From positions 1-40,210 of IMG/VR virus record IMGVR_UViG_3300037785_000057: a DNA stretch of 40,210 bases. One strand, given 5' to 3'. Positions 22,770 through 32,801 of the stretch are shown here, piece after piece (the first letter of the stretch is position 1; each line of letters opens with the position of its first letter). Source of the DNA: a virus (lineage: Duplodnaviria; Caudoviricetes). The notes under the pieces are model-generated. The model was not told the DNA's origin. It searched no databases and saw nothing but the letters and a program-made list of their open reading frames with translations. The position numbers and the translations under genes were made by a program.

Positions 22770-24950
22770 TTACTGCTGCCCTCCTGCAATAATGGCCGCG
22801 CGGCGGGCGCGGGGGTCAATCGTCCGCCCTATGGGAGGACCTTCGAGCTTGCCTGTGAGCGGGTTCACGATCGCACCGCCCGAGAAATACTGCTTCCCGA
22901 GGTCGTCGATCCCCGAGAACGTGATCTCGCCCAGGTCGCGCTGGATCACGCTCTCCCTGACATCGAGCGAGGGGCGGTCGAGCGCGCGGCCATTCACCCC
23001 CGCCATGGTATTGTTCCACTGGTGGCCGACGCTGGTGATCTTGCTGGGCTTCGTGCGGGTCACCGGCGTGTTCAGGGTCGGGATGATGACGTCATTCACC
23101 AGGCCATCGACGATGGCGTCCGCCGCGGCATTGACACCGGCCAGCGCCTTCACCCGGTCGCGCATGTCCTCGAAGGAGAACTCGAACGCCTCCTTGGCGG
23201 TGCCTGGCGCAACCCACTCGCCGGTGCTGTCGTAGAGCCCCTTGGCAAAGCGCCGCGCCGACTCCTGCTGGCCGACCCGCAGGTCATACTCCAGCGCCAG
23301 CAGGAACAGCGCCGCATCGTTGCGGGTCGCGGCCTCGCTGACCCCGCCAAAGCCCGCGCCAACCATGGCCGACCACATCGCGTCGATGATCGAGGAGGCC
23401 GCCGCGTTGACCGCATTCGCCGCAGCCGTCTGCACGGAGAGCGCGACCGAGGTCGTCGCGGGAACCACCTCCTGCGTCGAGCCCTCGGACCACAGGCTGT
23501 AGTCCCCGAACTGCGACGCACAGTTGGTCAGGATGATCTCTCCCCCGGACAGCGCCATGTAATGCTTGTGCATCCAGAGCGCGACGGCGTTGATCCCGTT
23601 GAGGAACGCGCCATTCTTGGCGCAATAGCCGATGCCGTTCGGCGCCACCGGGGTCGCGCCCCAGAGCATGAGCTGCGGGAACGGCGAATAGGCCGACGCC
23701 ACCTTCGCATCCGCCAGCGCCACGCCGGGACCGTGGCCCACCAGCGGGTTCCCGTTCTCGCGGTCCAGGGGCGGAGGGATCAACACGGGCGGCGCGGGCC
23801 GGTAGACCGTGATATTGAAGGCAAAGACCGTCCGCCGGATCACCGCCCCGGGCCGGAACGACACGGCAAAGCCTTCGCTCGGGTCGTCGAGGTCGTCGAC
23901 CTGCCAGCCCTCGAAGGAGAAGCCCTCGACATAGCCACCGTCGCCCAGGCGAAACACGTTCTTCTGCGCGTTGCCCGCCGAGGGCCGGATCTTCGTCGAC
24001 CGCGTGTTCGTCGCGGCCACGATGCCCGTCACGTTGTCGGGGACATCGATGTGGCCGGAGGTGACATAGTCGCCGGGATGCACCCAGATCGCCACGGGGT
24101 CGCTGGTGTTGCCGGCCAGCTCGATCGCCTTGTCGATCGAGGCCACGGGGCTGGTCAGGTTCTCGCCATTGTTCGAATCCGAGCCCCCCGCCGAGACGTA
24201 GAGGGTCCGGGCCACCGGCTGCGTCAGGATCGCGGCCGACGTTGTCGGCACGGCGACCGAGACGCGCAGGGTCTCGATCGCGGTCTCGGTGTCCTCGCCG
24301 TAGAACTTGACACCCGCCACGGCATAGACAGCGCCGGAGGGCGGCACGGTGACGCCGTCCCCCGCCGTGGCGCTGATGATCGCCGTGACCTCGACCAGGC
24401 CGCTGGCCACCGTCAGCGCGGCCTCCGTCACCAGCACGGCGGTCGAGATGAGACCCTTGTCCTTGTTCAGCCAGGCGACGACCAGCTCGACGGCATGGTT
24501 GTTCGGGTCGGCAGAGTTCACCATCCGCTGCACCCGCGCCAGGATGTTCAGCCGGTCCCGCGAGATTGCCACCGGCGTCCGGCCGAACACGGTCGTGGTG
24601 CCGCCACTGACCACGAAGACGTCGCCCAGCCCCGCGACCGCCTGGACGCCCGCCGACGCCAGCGGCGTCTTGCCGGACGCTTCCCCCGCGCTGGTCAACG
24701 CAAAGGCGTTCGGATTGTCGCCGGGCCGGTCCTCGGGCGACAGCGCCAGCAGTTCCGTGGCCCCGAGCTTTTCCCGCTCTGCGGCCGTCAGCCACAACCG
24801 TGCCGAGGTTTCGGAGACGTTATCGGCATCGAGCGCGCCGAGCTTCGTGCGCTCGGCGGCCGTCATCCATTTCCGTGCCGAAGTCTCCGACACGTCAGCC
24901 GCATCGAGCGCCAGGAACGTGATGAACTCCGTGCGGCTTTTCGTCGTCAT
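22770..24950 (-). CDS. Tail spike/fibre with pectate-lyase-like beta-helix
   Basis: TLYVSAGGSDSNNG...SIDKAIELA...VHPGDY cap motif; N-terminal 25-aa tandem repeat. Confidence 0.75.
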   Translation of the reverse strand: MTTKSRTEFITFLALDAADVSETSARKWMTAAERTKLGALDADNVSETSARLWLTAAEREKLGATELLALSPEDRPGDNPNAFALTSAGEASGKTPLASAGVQAVAGLGDVFVVSGGTTTVFGRTPVAISRDRLNILARVQRMVNSADPNNHAVELVVAWLNKDKGLISTAVLVTEAALTVASGLVEVTAIISATAGDGVTVPPSGAVYAVAGVKFYGEDTETAIETLRVSVAVPTTSAAILTQPVARTLYVSAGGSDSNNGENLTSPVASIDKAIELAGNTSDPVAIWVHPGDYVTSGHIDVPDNVTGIVAATNTRSTKIRPSAGNAQKNVFRLGDGGYVEGFSFEGWQVDDLDDPSEGFAVSFRPGAVIRRTVFAFNITVYRPAPPVLIPPPLDRENGNPLVGHGPGVALADAKVASAYSPFPQLMLWGATPVAPNGIGYCAKNGAFLNGINAVALWMHKHYMALSGGEIILTNCASQFGDYSLWSEGSTQEVVPATTSVALSVQTAAANAVNAAASSIIDAMWSAMVGAGFGGVSEAATRNDAALFLLALEYDLRVGQQESARRFAKGLYDSTGEWVAPGTAKEAFEFSFEDMRDRVKALAGVNAAADAIVDGLVNDVIIPTLNTPVTRTKPSKITSVGHQWNNTMAGVNGRALDRPSLDVRESVIQRDLGEITFSGIDDLGKQYFSGGAIVNPLTGKLEGPPIGRTIDPRARRAAIIAGGQQ
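24763..24912 (-). repeat. 75-bp (25-aa) tandem duplication in the spike N-terminus
   Basis: LDAADVSETSARKWMTAAERTKLGA / LDADNVSETSARLWLTAAEREKLGA. Confidence 0.85.
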
Positions 24951-24960
24951 GCTGCGCCCC

Positions 24961-27036
24961 TCAGGTGATCGTGCGTGTGATGGTGTCGGTGTCGGCAAAG
25001 GACCCGCTGACGTTGACCGTCCGGACCTTGTAGGTGTGCGACCCCGCGCCCGGGGCGTCCGTCAATGTGACGGCGCTCTCGGCGTCGGTCGGCGGGTTGT
25101 AGAAGGTCGCGACGATGGCCGCGCCGCGGAACACCTCGGTCTTCCACAGCCCCTCGGAGTCCGAGGTCGTGAAGGCGATGGTCGCCTGCCCGCTGCCGGC
25201 ATCGGTGACCGTGAAGCCGGTGGCCGCGTTTGGCGCGCCGGTCAGCGCGCGGGCGGTCACGTCGGCGATGCGGACCCAGTCCGACCGCAGCCCGTCCGAG
25301 GTCCGGAACCTGACACGCACGTCATAAATCTGCCCATCGTCCAGCGGCGCGATCCGCGCCTTCGTGGCCGCGTCGTCCACCGGCCAGCCCTCGTAGATCG
25401 ACAGCGCGATCGAGGCGGCGAGACTGTATTGCACCTCCGGCGCCAGGGCGTCGTTCTCGGGCGCATCCCAGACCACGCCGATGCCCGCCGCCCAGCTGGT
25501 CTGGCTGACCCTCTTGCCCTCGGCGGCGGCGGAGACGTTCTGCGGCACCGGCAGCGCGGTCTGCGTATCCGCCGTCGGCAGCGCCTGCGCCTCGCCCTCT
25601 TCGCTTGACGACCAGGTCAGGCTGCTCTCGTCGAACGACGCGAGCGTCAGCGTGATCTGGCAGGTCGCGGGATCGAGGGACCAGCCCTCGACGCGCCAGT
25701 AGACCACCGGCAGGACATCCCAGTCGATCTCAATATAGCGCTCATAGATCGCGCGCATCGCGGCGGGCTTGCAGCGCAGCGTCAGCCGGTATTCCGGGTT
25801 ATCGACCTCGGTGCGGTACTTGGCGCAGCGCCGCGCCTGTCCGTGCGACGGCACCATGCTAAGATCCAGCTGCGGACCGATCAGCCGCTCGCCGTCCTGC
25901 GCCTCCCGGCCACTGTCCACCCAGGCGTCCATCGAGGTCGTCTGATAATCGAGCGACCGGTCGGTATAGAGCGCGGGCAGCTCGTTGTATCTCTCCAGCC
26001 GGTCCGGCCCGTCGTCCCAGCGCTCGATCGCGAGGATCTCCGACTGCGCCAGGGTGACGGTCGGTGTGACCCACCTTCCCACATGGATCCCCACCTTGCC
26101 GGACGGCAGCAGCTGGAGGTCGCCATTGCAGGCGCTCATCATCCGACGCAGGACGCTCTGCGGCTCATCCGTCAGCTGGTAGCTGCCCGAGATGCGGTAG
26201 CGCCCCTCGGCGCCCCCGGCGGCCAGCGCGATGTTCTCGTCGCAATGGTCCGCCGCCGTGGACAGCGTGGCCGCGTCCACCAGATCAGACAACCCCATGC
26301 CGTCCGGATGGGTCAGGTAGTCCGCGATGATCAGCGCCGCGTTCTCGCTGAACTCGGTGCTGTCGTCGCGCGGGTCGTGCACCAGGCTGGTCCTGGCCTC
26401 CGCCACCAGCTCAGGCTCACCCCTGGGATAGACCTCGCGGAACCGATCCGGACCGACCTGTTGCGCCTGGATGTAGGCAGACCACAGACCGCGCAGCCGG
26501 TGGCTGCTGTCCCATGTCGAATAGACCCCTTCGAGGGTCGAGTAATGCGTGGCCGCTGGCCCGCCGGTGCGCTGCTGGATCCGCACCCGCTTCACGCCGT
26601 TGACGAAATACTGCGCCTCGAAGACGAAGCCGCTGCCGTCCCGCGTGACCGCCTTCTTGTCCAGATCATAGCCGAGAACCTCACTGATCAGCCCGTGGCC
26701 GAAGACCAGGACCCGGTGCAGCGTGCCGCCCTTGGCGCGGTAGAAGACGATCTGCCCGCCGACCTTGACCTGCCCGTAATGCCGCACCCGCGGCGCGGCG
26801 GGCGCGCGGCGGGTCACCCGGATATCCTCGGGCTTTTGCGTCTGGCCCTGTTCGATCTGGCCGAGGCTGTCGATCCGGTCCTGCACCAGCGCCCGCGCCG
26901 CTGCCGAGGCCAGCAGGCTGACCCCGACGGAGGTGACAGCACCGGCCAGCGTCAGACTGCCAGCTGCCGTGACAAGCGCGAGTGTCCCGCCCGCGCCGAA
27001 AACGCCCGGGAGCACGAAAGCAAAGGCCTGAGGCAT
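24961..27036 (-). CDS. Central tail tip / host-specificity protein (gpJ-like, FN3 C-terminus)
   Basis: RHYGQVKVGG, ENAALIIADYLTHPDGMG and YDVRVRFRT motifs; position in the tail module. Confidence 0.8.
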   Translation of the reverse strand: MPQAFAFVLPGVFGAGGTLALVTAAGSLTLAGAVTSVGVSLLASAAARALVQDRIDSLGQIEQGQTQKPEDIRVTRRAPAAPRVRHYGQVKVGGQIVFYRAKGGTLHRVLVFGHGLISEVLGYDLDKKAVTRDGSGFVFEAQYFVNGVKRVRIQQRTGGPAATHYSTLEGVYSTWDSSHRLRGLWSAYIQAQQVGPDRFREVYPRGEPELVAEARTSLVHDPRDDSTEFSENAALIIADYLTHPDGMGLSDLVDAATLSTAADHCDENIALAAGGAEGRYRISGSYQLTDEPQSVLRRMMSACNGDLQLLPSGKVGIHVGRWVTPTVTLAQSEILAIERWDDGPDRLERYNELPALYTDRSLDYQTTSMDAWVDSGREAQDGERLIGPQLDLSMVPSHGQARRCAKYRTEVDNPEYRLTLRCKPAAMRAIYERYIEIDWDVLPVVYWRVEGWSLDPATCQITLTLASFDESSLTWSSSEEGEAQALPTADTQTALPVPQNVSAAAEGKRVSQTSWAAGIGVVWDAPENDALAPEVQYSLAASIALSIYEGWPVDDAATKARIAPLDDGQIYDVRVRFRTSDGLRSDWVRIADVTARALTGAPNAATGFTVTDAGSGQATIAFTTSDSEGLWKTEVFRGAAIVATFYNPPTDAESAVTLTDAPGAGSHTYKVRTVNVSGSFADTDTITRTIT

Positions 27037-27419
27037 CAGATCCCCCAGCGTTCCAGCAGGACCGGCGCCGACGGCATCGTCACGCCCTGCGGCCCCAGAC
27101 CGAAGAACCGCCCGCGCCAGACAAGGCCGCAGGCGGTGACCCGGTGGACCGCCGCCACCGCCACCCCGTCGAGGTTCTGGACCTGCGGCGCCCGCGCCAT
27201 CGCGGCGCGCATCCAGGCCCGCAGCCCCCCCGCCGCCCGCAGGATCCGATGGGCCTCGAACCGGCTGGCATAGCGCCCCCGCACCGCCTCTGCCGGATCC
27301 CAGCCCGCCCGGCACATCACATAGTCCGCCACCCACAAGACACAGTCATGGCGGCCCCAGGCAAAGGATCGGCCCGCGGTGGCGCGGATGTAGGCCTCGG
27401 GCGTCACCAGCTCGTCCAC
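27036..27419 (-). CDS. NlpC/P60-like tail tip protein
   Basis: FAWGRHDCVLWVAD...RGRY. Confidence 0.75.
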   Translation of the reverse strand: MDELVTPEAYIRATAGRSFAWGRHDCVLWVADYVMCRAGWDPAEAVRGRYASRFEAHRILRAAGGLRAWMRAAMARAPQVQNLDGVAVAAVHRVTACGLVWRGRFFGLGPQGVTMPSAPVLLERWGI

Positions 27420-28051
27420 TGCACCAGCGTCCCCGTCGCGATCTCCGGAACGTAGTCCAGCCCCTTGTCCCCGGAGAACCGCGATTTCTGGTCCCTGGGC
27501 GTGAGCATGCCGTAGAGCGGCGCGCGCTTGCGGCTCAGGATGGATTCCGCCTGCAGCGTGATCGTGGCCTCGCTGCCGGTATAGGTCAGGGAGGCCCGGT
27601 CCATCAGCGCGCGGTCAAGCGCGAACGGCACACCCAGAGGAGACGCCCGGCCAGAGCTGTCGGTCGCGCTGGTCGAGAAGAGCTGCCCGTAGAAGATCAC
27701 CCACCGGCCCCGATACTCCGTGGGGCTGCCGATCAGCTCGGGGATCCTGCCCAGCCCTCCGCCGCTTTCGCCCACCTCGAGGATCTCCGAGGGCAGCGCC
27801 ATGACATACTCACGCAACGGCGCCAGCTCACCCGGGCCGCCTGTGAGAACCGGTGCCTGGATCAGCGTCCCGAGGCCCTGCCAGGTCGCGCCGTTGGCGT
27901 CCTCGAACGCGGTGATCTCGTTCGACGCGCGGATCGTGCCCGAGGCGAACTGGAACTCGATCAGCCAGGCGAGATGCACCACCTCTGCCTGCAGCGCGGC
28001 GAGGATCGCGGCCCGGTCGCCGGTGGACTGGTTCTCCAGAAAGACGCTCAT
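27404..28051 (-). CDS. Baseplate hub / minor tail protein
   Basis: GATWQGLG...DQKSRFSGDKGLDYV; ATGA-coupled. Confidence 0.75.
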   Translation of the reverse strand: MSVFLENQSTGDRAAILAALQAEVVHLAWLIEFQFASGTIRASNEITAFEDANGATWQGLGTLIQAPVLTGGPGELAPLREYVMALPSEILEVGESGGGLGRIPELIGSPTEYRGRWVIFYGQLFSTSATDSSGRASPLGVPFALDRALMDRASLTYTGSEATITLQAESILSRKRAPLYGMLTPRDQKSRFSGDKGLDYVPEIATGTLVQWTSW

Positions 28052-28713
28052 CTTTCCAGCGCCTCCACCACATTCAGCTGAAAGGTGCCCCGCCCGACAA
28101 CCGGCTGCCGCGCGTCGAGCGCCGCCTGGTCCGAGGGCAGCCGGACTTCCCAGTTTAGCTGAGACGCCCGGACCTGGGCACCATCCGCCTCGGCCCGCCG
28201 CAGCCCCGGCTCGATCGTGAAGTCCGCGTCGTCGCGGTCGACAACCCGGTAGAGATAGCGCCCGATCGTCAGCAGCGCCCCGACGCGCAGCGCGCCCGCC
28301 TCCAGCGACGTGATGCGCACCACCGTCGAACCGACCGGCCGCGACCCGGCCAGCGCCATATGCGCATCGAGCATCAGCACGTTGACGCTGTCGGCCATGA
28401 CAACCACGCCGGCATCGACCGACACCACCCCGGCGCCGCCGATGGGATAGGACGGCGCCAGGATGTTGCACGGGTTGAGCGTGAACGTGTTGACCGGACC
28501 GCGCAGCCGGTCCAGCCAAGCCATGTAGGCGCCGTACCCGGCCGCGCTCCGGGGCGCGCGCACGACGACGCTCGCCTGCCAGATCGACGCCCGCCGATGC
28601 ACATACTGCGAGCGCCCGTCCAGCCCCGGCCCGGACGAGACGGTCTGGGTGGCGAGGACCGGGTGCTCCGGCCACAGGAAGGTGAGCCCGGCTGGCGGCG
28701 GGATAAGGGCCAT
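28048..28713 (-). CDS. Distal tail protein
   Basis: Follows the tape measure gene; AWLDRLRGPVNTF and IEPGLR motifs. Confidence 0.7.
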   Translation of the reverse strand: MALIPPPAGLTFLWPEHPVLATQTVSSGPGLDGRSQYVHRRASIWQASVVVRAPRSAAGYGAYMAWLDRLRGPVNTFTLNPCNILAPSYPIGGAGVVSVDAGVVVMADSVNVLMLDAHMALAGSRPVGSTVVRITSLEAGALRVGALLTIGRYLYRVVDRDDADFTIEPGLRRAEADGAQVRASQLNWEVRLPSDQAALDARQPVVGRGTFQLNVVEALER

Positions 28714-30992
28714 CAGGACCGCCGCCGCGCTTCGGTGGATCGCTTCATGTAACTCTCCACGACGCGCACCGAGACACCAGCGGCGCGCTGATCGACCTCC
28801 TGGACGGTGACGCCCGGCGGCACATGCAGCCGGATATCCACCGCCCCCCCGGCCTGCCGGGACTGCCCGCGCAGCGCCGCCTGCGCCTGCGGCACCGACA
28901 GCACGGCGCCACCGCGTCCCGGCACGAAGACCTCCGAGTTCGGCGTCCGCTCGTTCACGAGGTACGGCACACCCGCCGCCACCGGCCCGCCGAACTGCCG
29001 GGCCCCGCCAAGCACACTTCCAAGCAGCCCGACGCCCGGCAACCCGCCGACCAGCCTCGCGATCCCTTGGCGCAGCTGCACCTTTGCGATCTCGATCAGC
29101 AGGTCGGACAGAGCCTCCTTGGCACTCTTCGACCCGTCCAGAATGCCGGTGAACATGTCGGCAAGCGCCTCGGTGCCACGCTCGGCATTCTCCCGCATCC
29201 GGTCCAGCGCCTCCTCTGCCACTTCCGCACTCTCGGCAGCCTCGACATAGGACCGCGCCAGATCATCAATCTCCTGCGTCAGCTCCGCCGTGACCTCGCG
29301 GCCCGACTCCTGCGCCGCCACCAGCAGCTCGGCGCGCTTGCGCGCATACTCCGCCGCGTCCCCCAGCTCTCGCCCGTATTCGGCAGCGAGAAGGAAGGAC
29401 GCCGCCTCCGCCTCCAGCCTCTTGATTTCGCGCGTCAGACTCTCGACCTCGCGCGCCCACTCGCTGGGCCGGGAGCTGCCACCGCCACCACCGCCACCGC
29501 CGTCGGCAGGGCCTGCGCCTGCGCCGGTCTCCAACGGAGGCATGCCGAAGTCGATGTCATTTGGCCTGGTGCGCGGACGGCGCGACGCGCTCGGCGCCAG
29601 GGCGCTCGACGATCCCGGCGGCGCATCGGACGAGAAGTACTCCCTCAGGTTGTTCGGGGGCGCTGCGGATCGGCCAGTGGGCGCCGTCACTGCGCCTCCT
29701 GGATTCGCACCTGGCAAATTGGCGCGCAGGTTGCGCGCGAACTGGGCAGCTGTGGCGAGCGCGCCGGACAGGACGCCGACCCCGCTGATTGCCTGCTGAA
29801 AGTCCGCCCGGTCGATTGCCTCGATTGAACTGAGGGCAGCGTCGGCCGACGTCACGAGTTCAGAGACGACCGCCTCGAACTCATCCGCATTGATCGTTCC
29901 GTCCCGCAACTCTCGGGACGCATCCCTGAATGCTGCCGATACCTTGAACAGGTCGTTCGCGACATCCTGGTACCCGTACTGTCGCGCGCGCGCCGACGCC
30001 TCTTCCAACACCCGCGCGAATGCTTCGACATCTTGCGTGATGTTGACATATTCCTGCCGCAACCGGGCAAGAGCGTCTGCATTGAGGTCGATCAGTCCCG
30101 GGTCGCTCGCCAGGGCTTCGACGCCTTGCTCGCCCAGAAGTCCCTGCGCCTGGTTGATGTCGTCGAAAACCTCGGAGACAGAGGCAGCCTCTTCCGCGAT
30201 CCTCGTAAGGTTGACCAGGACATCGGCGGTGTTGACGGTCGCGTTCTTGAAGAAGTATCCGATCCGCGTCGTCATTTCTCCAAACCGCCGGTCAATCTCG
30301 GCAGCCTTTTCGATCATCTCCTGGTCGAGCACTGCACCGACCTCGTGCGCCCGGTCCATGAGCTGACGAATGCCGTCTTCGCCCTGGCTTATCAGTTCGA
30401 CGAACCTTTCGCCGCCGGTCCCGCCGAAAACCTCATCGGCAACCCGGATTTGTGCGGCGCGGTCGAGATCCTCCATCCTGCCGATGATCTCGAGCAAGAG
30501 CTTGTCCGGCTCCTTCAGGCCTTCGGTCAGCTCCGCCGCCGATAGCCCCAGGCGCCCGAATGCCTCGGCAGCCGACCCTCCGCCCGTCGTCACGAACTCG
30601 TCGGCGCGCAGGTTCAGCTCCTTCATGCCGTCGATCAGGGCGTCCACAGGAATGCGGCTCTGCGTTGCGACAAAGGTCAGCTGCTGGAAAACCTCCACGC
30701 CTAGGCCCGACCTTTTGGCTTCATCACCGATAGCCGCGACACCCCGGACGGCTGCGCCAAGGCCCGACGTGAACTGACCGATCGCCGCAGCAGCGAGGCC
30801 CGACGCCACACCGACAATCGCGGCGCTGGCGCGTTGCATCGCCCGCTCGATGTTGCGCGATGCGCGGTTAGAGCTGTTGCCCGCGTCCCGCTCGAACCGC
30901 GAGATCAGCCGGTTGCTCCGGTCGAGGGCGCGCTGCAGGTCCCGGTCCCGGGCCCGCAGCAGGATCTCGATCCGCTCGGTATTGTCAGCCAT
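28713..30992 (-). CDS. Tail tape measure protein
   Basis: 759 aa Ala-rich helical protein; C-terminal ARQFGGPVAAGVPYLVNER..EVFVP. Confidence 0.9.
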   Translation of the reverse strand: MADNTERIEILLRARDRDLQRALDRSNRLISRFERDAGNSSNRASRNIERAMQRASAAIVGVASGLAAAAIGQFTSGLGAAVRGVAAIGDEAKRSGLGVEVFQQLTFVATQSRIPVDALIDGMKELNLRADEFVTTGGGSAAEAFGRLGLSAAELTEGLKEPDKLLLEIIGRMEDLDRAAQIRVADEVFGGTGGERFVELISQGEDGIRQLMDRAHEVGAVLDQEMIEKAAEIDRRFGEMTTRIGYFFKNATVNTADVLVNLTRIAEEAASVSEVFDDINQAQGLLGEQGVEALASDPGLIDLNADALARLRQEYVNITQDVEAFARVLEEASARARQYGYQDVANDLFKVSAAFRDASRELRDGTINADEFEAVVSELVTSADAALSSIEAIDRADFQQAISGVGVLSGALATAAQFARNLRANLPGANPGGAVTAPTGRSAAPPNNLREYFSSDAPPGSSSALAPSASRRPRTRPNDIDFGMPPLETGAGAGPADGGGGGGGGSSRPSEWAREVESLTREIKRLEAEAASFLLAAEYGRELGDAAEYARKRAELLVAAQESGREVTAELTQEIDDLARSYVEAAESAEVAEEALDRMRENAERGTEALADMFTGILDGSKSAKEALSDLLIEIAKVQLRQGIARLVGGLPGVGLLGSVLGGARQFGGPVAAGVPYLVNERTPNSEVFVPGRGGAVLSVPQAQAALRGQSRQAGGAVDIRLHVPPGVTVQEVDQRAAGVSVRVVESYMKRSTEARRRS

Positions 30993-31164
30993 CCGGGTAC
31001 TGCCTTTTCAGATCGTGGAACCGATCCACCTTCATGGGGGCAACCTCTCCGCTCGCCGCGGCCTGCGCCGCGTTCCAGGCCCGCACGAGCAGGTCAGTGT
31101 CCCGCGGCGTCATTGCCAGAACCTCCTGCGGCAGGCGGCCCATGATGCCGCAGATGTTCATCAT
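30985..31164 (-). CDS. Tail assembly chaperone, downstream (gpT-like) frame
   Basis: MMNICGIMGRLPQEVLAMTPRD...; in the -1 frame, which is open from the slippery site. Confidence 0.75.
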   Translation of the reverse strand: MMNICGIMGRLPQEVLAMTPRDTDLLVRAWNAAQAAASGEVAPMKVDRFHDLKRQYPDG

Positions 31165-31574
31165 CCTGCCTCGGGCGTCATATCGTCCGGGCCGGTCGGA
31201 TCGTCCGGCGCGGCCCCGTCCGATCCATCCGACTTTTTTCCGGCTGCCTCCTCCAGGATCATCGGCAGGAAGGTCACGCCCAGCAGACGCTGCGCGATGG
31301 CCCGCAGGGAAAGGTTCTCGCCCGGCGCCAGGTCGGCCAGAAACCGGTCCGCCTCGCGGTCGGACATGCCACCGCCGACGAGCCCAAGCGCGACGAGGTC
31401 CCTGACGTGGCGCACCTGCGGCGGCGAACCCCGTCCGAGGAGCTGATCCCAGAGAGCAAAGACCCCGAACTCATACCGCTCCTCGAAACGCTCGATCTCG
31501 CCGTTCCGCAGGAGCAGCGGGAGGTCGCGCCCGCCGATGACCTCACGCAGGACACCAGGCTGGCTGATCGCCAT
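31161..31574 (-). CDS. Tail assembly chaperone (GTA-like gpG)
   Basis: VRDLVALGLVGGGM; between the tail tube and tape measure genes. Confidence 0.85.
   Translation of the reverse strand: MAISQPGVLREVIGGRDLPLLLRNGEIERFEERYEFGVFALWDQLLGRGSPPQVRHVRDLVALGLVGGGMSDREADRFLADLAPGENLSLRAIAQRLLGVTFLPMILEEAAGKKSDGSDGAAPDDPTGPDDMTPEAG
31233..31239 (-). promoter_or_regulatory. -1 ribosomal frameshift site A AAA AAG
   Basis: GGA AAA AAG is in the gpG frame; the -1 frame stays open to 30985. Confidence 0.8.
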
Positions 31575-32002
31575 CAGCTGGCAGCCGTGAAGGTCACCGC
31601 GCCTGCCGACCCCAGCGACAGCGAGTAGGCCACCCCGCCCTCCTGCTCTCCAGAGAAGTCGAACGTCCCGACGTGGAACGGCCCGGAAAAGGTGCCGAAG
31701 TTCGGGACGATGATCTGGAAGCTCGCCACGGCCGTCGCGGAGAGTGCGATCGTGTTCATCCGGGCCTCCGCCGCGGAGTCCTCGAAGAAGCCATTGCCGG
31801 AAACCGACACGCTTTTCGCCCCGTTCTGCAGCTCCGTCCAGAGGACGCCGCCCGGCGCCTCGCAGTCCGGCGTCGTCACATCGACGGGATTGTTGTTGAT
31901 CGTCATCGTCTTGGCGACGAGACCGCAGAGCGTGGCGAAGGTCTCGCTCGCTTCGCCGTCACCGATCTTGATCAGGAGCTCCCGACCCTGCTGCTTTGCC
32001 AT
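31574..32002 (-). CDS. Major tail tube protein (TP901-1/GTA-like)
   Basis: MAKQQGRELLIKIGDG...VDVTTPD...SLGSAGAVTFTA. Confidence 0.9.
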   Translation of the reverse strand: MAKQQGRELLIKIGDGEASETFATLCGLVAKTMTINNNPVDVTTPDCEAPGGVLWTELQNGAKSVSVSGNGFFEDSAAEARMNTIALSATAVASFQIIVPNFGTFSGPFHVGTFDFSGEQEGGVAYSLSLGSAGAVTFTAAS

Positions 32003-32041
32003 CGTGCTGTCCTCTATCTGGTGGCCTTGCCGAAGGGCCGG

Positions 32042-32461
32042 TCAGGCGGTGACGTCCAGCGCCGCCTCGAACACGGCGCTGGACTCGTAGCTGCGCCCGT
32101 CGTTGGCGCGCGTGGTGGTTGCGGTCACGAACTCGACCCAGGCCAGTCGGAAGCCCGGGACCGTGATCGCGGCCTGCTGATTGTCGAGGGCCGCGATCAC
32201 GGCAGTCGCGATCCGGCTGGCCTCGACCCGGCCCTGCGTCGGTCGGGAATGCCCCTCGATCAGGAAGGTGACCTGCCAGGCTTGCTTTCCGTCTGTCCGG
32301 AACGGACGCAGATCGAGGTTCCCCAGCCGCGCATAGGGACGCACCACCTCTTGCGGCGGCTCGTCATAGACACGCTGGCCGACCAGCGCGGTGACCCCGA
32401 CATCCGCGCGCAGTCGCGCGATCAGCGCAGCCTGGAACGCTTCCTGCGGACCGTCAGCCAC
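32042..32461 (-). CDS. Tail terminator (DUF3168)
   Basis: LRADVGVTALVGQRVYDEPP...PY. Confidence 0.85.
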   Translation of the reverse strand: MADGPQEAFQAALIARLRADVGVTALVGQRVYDEPPQEVVRPYARLGNLDLRPFRTDGKQAWQVTFLIEGHSRPTQGRVEASRIATAVIAALDNQQAAITVPGFRLAWVEFVTATTTRANDGRSYESSAVFEAALDVTA

Positions 32462-32801
32462 CAAAGACCTCTTTGACCGCCTTGCGGACTGCATACCGGG
32501 CGCGGCTGGTCCGCTTCTTCTCTGTGACCTTCAGCGTCGGATTGACGAAGGCCCGCGGGCCACGATTGCCCTCCGTGACCTTTGCCTTGGGCCCGAAGTC
32601 CACCAGAGTCGAACCGTCTGGCAGCGGCCTTGAGTTGATCGCCGCGCGGTTCGCCCCGTCGCCTGGATGCAGGACCTTGGCGATCCGCTCCATCTCCGCG
32701 CCCGATTTCGCGTTGGCCTTGTCCACCTCGCGCTTGACCGCGGCGGTCAGCTCACCGAGCCTCCGCCGGACCCGCTCCGCGCCCCTGACAGAACTGCTCA
32801 C
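32454..32801 (-). CDS. HK97 gp10-like neck/tail completion protein
   Basis: Basic 115-aa protein, GTGA-coupled, in the canonical position. Confidence 0.75.
   Translation of the reverse strand: MSSSVRGAERVRRRLGELTAAVKREVDKANAKSGAEMERIAKVLHPGDGANRAAINSRPLPDGSTLVDFGPKAKVTEGNRGPRAFVNPTLKVTEKKRTSRARYAVRKAVKEVFGG

Noticed and set aside
19540-24950. Diversity-generating retroelement acting on tail genes
   Set aside because: No reverse transcriptase and no TR/VR pair was seen.
22716-24968. Long plus-strand ORF (750 aa) and many similar antisense or alternate-frame ORFs in the track
   Set aside because: They are shadow ORFs of high-GC coding DNA: Arg/Gly/Pro-rich, without motifs, and opposite well-supported genes.
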